Both the position numbers and the translations under genes were made by a program. From Thainema sp. (lineage in GTDB: Bacteria; Cyanobacteriota; Cyanobacteriia; Phormidesmidales; Phormidesmidaceae), in assembly GCA_052168235.1 (NCBI GenBank), contig JBQLZK010000093.1, positions 1 through 21,462 of the forward strand: a stretch of 21,462 nt of DNA, given 5' to 3'. Under the pieces are notes generated by a model. That model worked only from the letters and a program-made list of their open reading frames with translations, was not told the DNA's origin and made no database searches. Positions 16,663 through 21,462 of this stretch are shown piece by piece; position 1 is the stretch's first letter, and each line of letters begins with the position of its first letter.

Positions 16663-18543
16663 ATGTCTACCATTCGCCCTTTACCTCAAGATGTCGTTGC
16701 GCTGATTGCTGCCGGAGAAGTGATTGATTCGCTGGCGGCAGTGGTGCGGGAATTAGTCGAAAATGCGCTAGATGCCCAAGCAACTCGCTTGACGATTTCG
16801 CTGTGGCCAGAACAGTGGCGAATTCAGGTTGCCGATAACGGCAGCGGCATGGATTTAGAGAATTTAAGTCAGGCAGCGGCGGCGCATAGCACCAGCAAAA
16901 TTCGCGATCGCACCGATCTGAATCGAGTCAGCAGCCTTGGATTTCGGGGAGAAGCACTGCACAGCTTGGCGCAGCTATCGGATTTGGCCATTTGCAGCCG
17001 CTGTGGAGAGCAGGAGGGCTGGGCGGTTACGTACAATCAGCAGGGCCAGGTAACAGCAGTAGAAACAGTTGCGATCGCACCTGGAACAGTGGTGACGGTT
17101 GCGAATCTATTTGGCTCATGGGCGGCGCGGCGCGATGCCCTGCCATCAATAGCGCAGCAGATGCGGGCGGTGCAGCAAACCATTCAGCAGATGGCGCTGT
17201 GTCATCCACATGTAACCTGGCAGGTTCACTTACGCGATCGCAGTTGGCTCAATATTTGGCCGAGCGAGAGTGCATTACAGATTTTGCCGCAGTTGATTCG
17301 AGGCGTACAGCCGAGTGATCTACGCGATGCAGTGGTGAAGGTGCCTGCCCAAAGTCCAGCCCAGAACCCTGTCGAGCATCTTGTTGAGAATTATGTTGAG
17401 CATCATGACGCAGACAATGTAGCGTTCTCGCCCAAGAGCGAAATCGAAACCGAAACTGAAACTGAAATCGACACAACCGCAGCGATCGATGAAATTAATG
17501 AAATTAACGAAATTAGTGAAATCTATGCTCTGCTGGGTTTGCCCGACCGCTGCCATCGTCACCGCCCCGACTGGATTCGGATTGCGCTCAACGGTCGGCC
17601 AGTGCAGGCTCCAGAACTGGAACAAGCCATTTATCGGGCGTTCCGGCGCACGCTGCCCCGCGATCGCTATCCAGTCTGCTTTCTGCATTTACAGCTGCCG
17701 CCAGAGCAAATCGACTGGAATCGGCATCCGGCCAAAACTGAGATTTACCTCCATCAGCTGCCGTTTTGGCAGGAGCAAGTGACCCAGGCAATTGACCACA
17801 TCCTTCAGCTCAATGCCGACAGTTTGGCGGAAACATACGGTATGCAGCGGGTCAATCAACTGCTAAAAACAGCGGAGCTAGACGGGGTGTATGGAACGCG
17901 CCGTACGGTGAGTCAATCCACCAGCGAAGTAGCGGATGTGTTGACTCACACGGATGGCACGGATAACACGCACATCGATGAAGACCGCTCTCCAGCTAAA
18001 TTTTCGGAGCTAACTGCGATCGCACAAGTCCACAACACCTACATTCTGGCAGAGCATCCCAGCGGCATTTGGCTAATTGAACAGCACATTGCCCATGAGC
18101 GAGTGCTATATGAACAATTGTGCGATCGCTGGCAGATCGTCCCGCTGGAACCGCCCGTTATTCTGCCGCAGTTAGAGCAAGCACAGGTAGAGCAGCTACA
18201 GCGAATTGGGCTGGAGGTAGACCCATTTGGCGAGCAGCTCTGGGCCGTCCGCACCGCTCCTGAACGGCTGGCCCAACGAGAAGACTGTGCCGAAGCGCTA
18301 ATTGAGCTCAGTTTGGGTGGAGACTTGGACGCAGCACTGGTAGCAACAGCCTGTCGCACAGCGATTCGCAACGGCATGGCACTGAATTCAGCAGAGCTGC
18401 AAACGCTGCTCAAGCAGTGGCAGCAGACCCAGAATCCGCGCACATGTCCCCACGGTCGCCCAATCGCGCTTCAGCTAGAAGAGTCGAGCCTATCGCGGTT
18501 CTTCCGCCGCCACTGGGTGATTGGCAAAAGCCACGGTATCTAA
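16663..18543 (+). CDS. mutL: DNA mismatch repair endonuclease MutL
   Basis: IAAGEVI, ELVENALDA, DNGSGM, HSTSKI, LGFRGEAL and DWNRHPAK; C-terminal EQHIAHERVLYE, ACR and CPHGRP. Confidence 0.97.
   Translation: MSTIRPLPQDVVALIAAGEVIDSLAAVVRELVENALDAQATRLTISLWPEQWRIQVADNGSGMDLENLSQAAAAHSTSKIRDRTDLNRVSSLGFRGEALHSLAQLSDLAICSRCGEQEGWAVTYNQQGQVTAVETVAIAPGTVVTVANLFGSWAARRDALPSIAQQMRAVQQTIQQMALCHPHVTWQVHLRDRSWLNIWPSESALQILPQLIRGVQPSDLRDAVVKVPAQSPAQNPVEHLVENYVEHHDADNVAFSPKSEIETETETEIDTTAAIDEINEINEISEIYALLGLPDRCHRHRPDWIRIALNGRPVQAPELEQAIYRAFRRTLPRDRYPVCFLHLQLPPEQIDWNRHPAKTEIYLHQLPFWQEQVTQAIDHILQLNADSLAETYGMQRVNQLLKTAELDGVYGTRRTVSQSTSEVADVLTHTDGTDNTHIDEDRSPAKFSELTAIAQVHNTYILAEHPSGIWLIEQHIAHERVLYEQLCDRWQIVPLEPPVILPQLEQAQVEQLQRIGLEVDPFGEQLWAVRTAPERLAQREDCAEALIELSLGGDLDAALVATACRTAIRNGMALNSAELQTLLKQWQQTQNPRTCPHGRPIALQLEESSLSRFFRRHWVIGKSHGI
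17344..17523 (+). repeat. In-frame 12-, 6- and 9-bp tandem repeats inside mutL
   Basis: Five degenerate 12-mers at 17344-17403 (PAQS PAQN PVEH LVEN YVEH), five GAAAYY 6-mers at 17440-17469, and three GAAATTARY 9-mers plus GAAATC at 17491-17523. Confidence 0.8.
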
Positions 18544-18552
18544 TCTGGCAAC

Positions 18553-19332
18553 TTACCACAAATCAACCACTGGGCCACTGGGATAGCGCCAGCGCACAGG
18601 GCCACCAGGCCGTAAATCGAGATGCACAAATCCGTTGCCGACCGCTAAGCCACCCTGCCGATGGTAGTTCTTCAGCTTCATGAATGTATCCACTACAGGT
18701 TCACCATCGATGTAAAAATCAATCGCGTCCCCGGCCATATGCCGCGATCGCGATGCACCACCAACAGCACGATTAGTAATCGGATCGCGGTAAGCTGAGT
18801 TAACCTTGATGGGCCGATCACCCAGATAGGAGCGAACTTCATCCATATACTTGCAGAGTTTGACGATCCGCTGCGTGATCACTGTTTCGACCGGAATCCG
18901 CTGACCATTCTTGGTCATCTCCGCCCAGGTAAAATGAGACCCCCAATAGACGGGCTCATAGATGCCGACCGGACGGCTAATACCTGGCAGCGAAATCTTC
19001 GGGCCGGTTTCCTCCGGCGTCTCCCGAACGGGTCTCTCCACAGGTGCATCTTGAGGATTGTTATTTGGCTCGGTTCCCTCAATCTGGACATGTAGCGAAT
19101 AAACGTACCAGCGAATCCCCTGCGACCCATCAATTGGTTTCTGAGGCTGCACAAAGTAGTGATCGTCTGTGTTGATATCTAATCGGCCTTCGTGAATATC
19201 ATGATCGACAATTTCTAGTTCGGTTCCAGTTCTGATGAAAACCAGTTGATCGGGGAAATTGCGTTCTTTTAATTCTGTAGCCTGAATGGGAAACGCTTTT
19301 AGAAACGTATCAACAGCCGCCGTTAATTTCAT
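18553..19332 (-). CDS. Peptidase M15A family (D-Ala-D-Ala carboxypeptidase-like Zn metallopeptidase) with an N-terminal accessory domain
   Basis: HFTWAEMT, VNSAYRDP..NRAVGGASRSRHMAGDAIDF and FVHLDLR. The ATG at 19332 follows an AAGGAG Shine-Dalgarno; the track starts at 19356. Confidence 0.88.
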   Translation of the reverse strand: MKLTAAVDTFLKAFPIQATELKERNFPDQLVFIRTGTELEIVDHDIHEGRLDINTDDHYFVQPQKPIDGSQGIRWYVYSLHVQIEGTEPNNNPQDAPVERPVRETPEETGPKISLPGISRPVGIYEPVYWGSHFTWAEMTKNGQRIPVETVITQRIVKLCKYMDEVRSYLGDRPIKVNSAYRDPITNRAVGGASRSRHMAGDAIDFYIDGEPVVDTFMKLKNYHRQGGLAVGNGFVHLDLRPGGPVRWRYPSGPVVDLW

Positions 19333-19581
19333 GATAAGACTCCTTGGTAGATACATCCCGCTGTGTAGACCTCATACAAAGTCCGGTAAAACCCGATGAT
19401 TCATGTTTGTGAAAGGCTGGTTTAGTCAGCCTTTCACAACACAATTGAGTTCTTATCCGCGGATTTGATGTGAGTATGCAGACAGCCTGAGCAGTCAGTT
19501 GCCCTAGTTTGCCCAATCCCAAGCTTTGTCTTTTACGTTTAGTAGTAAATATTTTTGACCGAAATTAATTCAATCTCCGTT

Positions 19582-21312
19582 ATGACTATTCATCCCGCAT
19601 CCGCAACATCCGCGTCAGAGACTTACCAATGGTGGCAATCAGGCGTGATTTATCAGATTTATCCGCTGACGTTTGCAGATGGCAACGGCGACGGGATTGG
19701 AGATCTACAGGGTATTATTCAGCGCCTGGATTACCTCAATGACGGCAATCCCAATAGTCAGACCGCGCTGGGAGTTGATGCGATTTGGCTGTCGCCGATT
19801 AATCAGTCGCCGATGCACGACAACGGCTATGACGTGAGCGGCTATCGAGATATTTGTCCGACATTTGGCACCCTGGATGAATTTGATCAGTTGCTACAGC
19901 AGGCGCATCAGCGCGGGATCAAAGTCATCCTGGATCTGGTGGTTAATCACACCTCGAATCAGCATCCCTGGTTCTTGGAGTCCCGCTCCAGCCGCGACAA
20001 TTCCAAAGCTGACTGGTATCTGTGGCAGGATGCCTACGAAAGCCGCGATTTACCCAACAACTGGCTGTCCTACTTCGGCGGTACGGGCTGGACGCACTGT
20101 GACGAGCGCGATCAGTTCTATTTCCACACCTTTAATCAGAATCAGCCCGATCTCAACTGGCGTAATCCAGATGTCCGAGCTGCCATTTATGATATTGTGC
20201 GCTTCTGGCTCGATCGGGGCGTCGATGGCTTTCGGCTTGATGCGTCAAGTGCCTACAGCAAAGATGAATACTTCCGCGACAATCCGCTCAAGTATGGGGC
20301 CAGCGATAAGAATAAGTACAATAATTTTCATCATCTGTACGACAAAAACTTGCCCGAGAATCACCAAATCATGCGGGAGTTTCGGGTCGTTATCGATGAA
20401 TATGAGGATCGGGTTTTAATTGGCGAAACGTTTATTGATAATCGCCTCTACGACTCGGTGATCTTTTACGGAGCCAACAATGATGAGCTGCACCTGCCGC
20501 TGACGTTTGAGTTTCCCTTCAGTCCCTGGTATCCCGGCTATTTGCAGCGAGAAATTGAAAAGAAAGAACTGGTGACGCCAGAGGGCGCATGGCCCGCTTA
20601 CTTCTTAGACAATCACGATATTCCGCGCCATCTCTCGCGCTGGATTGAGTGCAGTTTGTGTGTTGACTCAGTTGCGATCGCAAAGGCAGCGGCAACGCTC
20701 TTATTGACGGTACGCGGCACACCCATTCTTTACTACGGCCAGGAACTGAGCATGGTGGACAACACCATGATTCCACCGGACAAAATTAAAGATAAAGCCA
20801 TCGTCCTGAGTGAAACGGAAGAAACGCCGCCACCGCGCGATGGCTCACGAACGCCGATGCAGTGGGATGATTCCGCTCAGGCAGGCTTCAGCTTTGGCCA
20901 GGACGTTGAGCCGTGGCTGCCCGTCCATGAAAATTACCCAACAATTAATGTCCAAACCGAGCTGCGCGATGATGCCTCAATTTTGAACTTTTATCGACGG
21001 CTGATTCAGATTCGACGCCAGAGCGAAGCTTTGCGCTGGGGAAAATGGCAAGCGCTGATCCATTATCCCCATGAGCACATGGCCTACTTGCGGATTGCCG
21101 AAACGGAAATGGTGCTGGTGCTGATCAACTTTTCCTACGAGAAGCCGTTGACGCTGGATATCCCCATCAATCGGGATGATTGGACAGTGTTATTGTCCAC
21201 TGTCTACGACGCTGAAAAAACAATTAGCTTACCCGATACGCTGCAGTCCTTTGAAATTTCAATTCTGCACCAATCAAGACCCATATCCTCACTTGAAACC
21301 GCAAAGAGTTGA
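19582..21312 (+). CDS. GH13 alpha-glucosidase / oligo-1,6-glucosidase family
   Basis: WWQSGVIYQIYP, DGNGDGIGDL, DNGYDV, DLVVNH, QPDLNW and RTPMQW; catalytic GFRLD, GET and NHD. ATG 19582 is preferred over TTG 19555. Confidence 0.92.
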   Translation: MTIHPASATSASETYQWWQSGVIYQIYPLTFADGNGDGIGDLQGIIQRLDYLNDGNPNSQTALGVDAIWLSPINQSPMHDNGYDVSGYRDICPTFGTLDEFDQLLQQAHQRGIKVILDLVVNHTSNQHPWFLESRSSRDNSKADWYLWQDAYESRDLPNNWLSYFGGTGWTHCDERDQFYFHTFNQNQPDLNWRNPDVRAAIYDIVRFWLDRGVDGFRLDASSAYSKDEYFRDNPLKYGASDKNKYNNFHHLYDKNLPENHQIMREFRVVIDEYEDRVLIGETFIDNRLYDSVIFYGANNDELHLPLTFEFPFSPWYPGYLQREIEKKELVTPEGAWPAYFLDNHDIPRHLSRWIECSLCVDSVAIAKAAATLLLTVRGTPILYYGQELSMVDNTMIPPDKIKDKAIVLSETEETPPPRDGSRTPMQWDDSAQAGFSFGQDVEPWLPVHENYPTINVQTELRDDASILNFYRRLIQIRRQSEALRWGKWQALIHYPHEHMAYLRIAETEMVLVLINFSYEKPLTLDIPINRDDWTVLLSTVYDAEKTISLPDTLQSFEISILHQSRPISSLETAKS

Positions 21313-21462
21313 TTTTGCCACCGCGATGCACGGGCAAACCCAACTCTTTGGAGTACTCTTTGAGAGTAATAAGTAGCTGCATATAAATAAACGCACCTAC
21401 AAGACATGCAGGGCTATTTCATTCTAAACAAGTAGCCTAATATGGGATCGAAGCTGACGCTC

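Noticed and set aside
18077..18115. MutL EQHIAHE instead of DQHAxxE as a dead endonuclease
   Set aside because: The other metal-binding motifs (ACR, CPHGRP) are intact and, as I recall, this variant is usual in cyanobacterial MutL.
19485..19520. Minus-strand GGGCAAACTAGGGCAAC upstream of the M15A peptidase as a c-di-GMP-I riboswitch
   Set aside because: The closing stem and the downstream GACGCAAA motif are missing. No c-di-AMP riboswitch motifs are visible either.

Overview
This is a cyanobacterial chromosome segment, judged by about 34 hand-counted HIP1 (GCGATCGC) sites and cyanobacterial-type genes. It is mostly housekeeping: a GvpV-like protein, an RCK-pore-RCK channel-like protein, a small RHH regulator, rpsD, a y-type thioredoxin, fabG, ndbB, a GT-C glycosyltransferase, lepA, a second small RHH protein, a GAF histidine kinase, hisC, mutL, an M15A peptidase and a GH13 alpha-glucosidase. 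The least ordinary part is about 12.45-15.35 kb. It holds a stand-alone 2-oxoacid-dehydrogenase-type acyltransferase domain and an unannotated cupin pseudogene fragment whose 3' end runs into a hairpin MITE-like element. It also holds two degenerate GTTAGGC-ended, attC-like stretches and a CodA-like amidohydrolase with altered catalytic residues behind an NtcA-like promoter. I saw no CRISPR array, rRNA, tRNA, transposase or integrase. No complete new system can be shown from the sequence alone, so the findings are leads.
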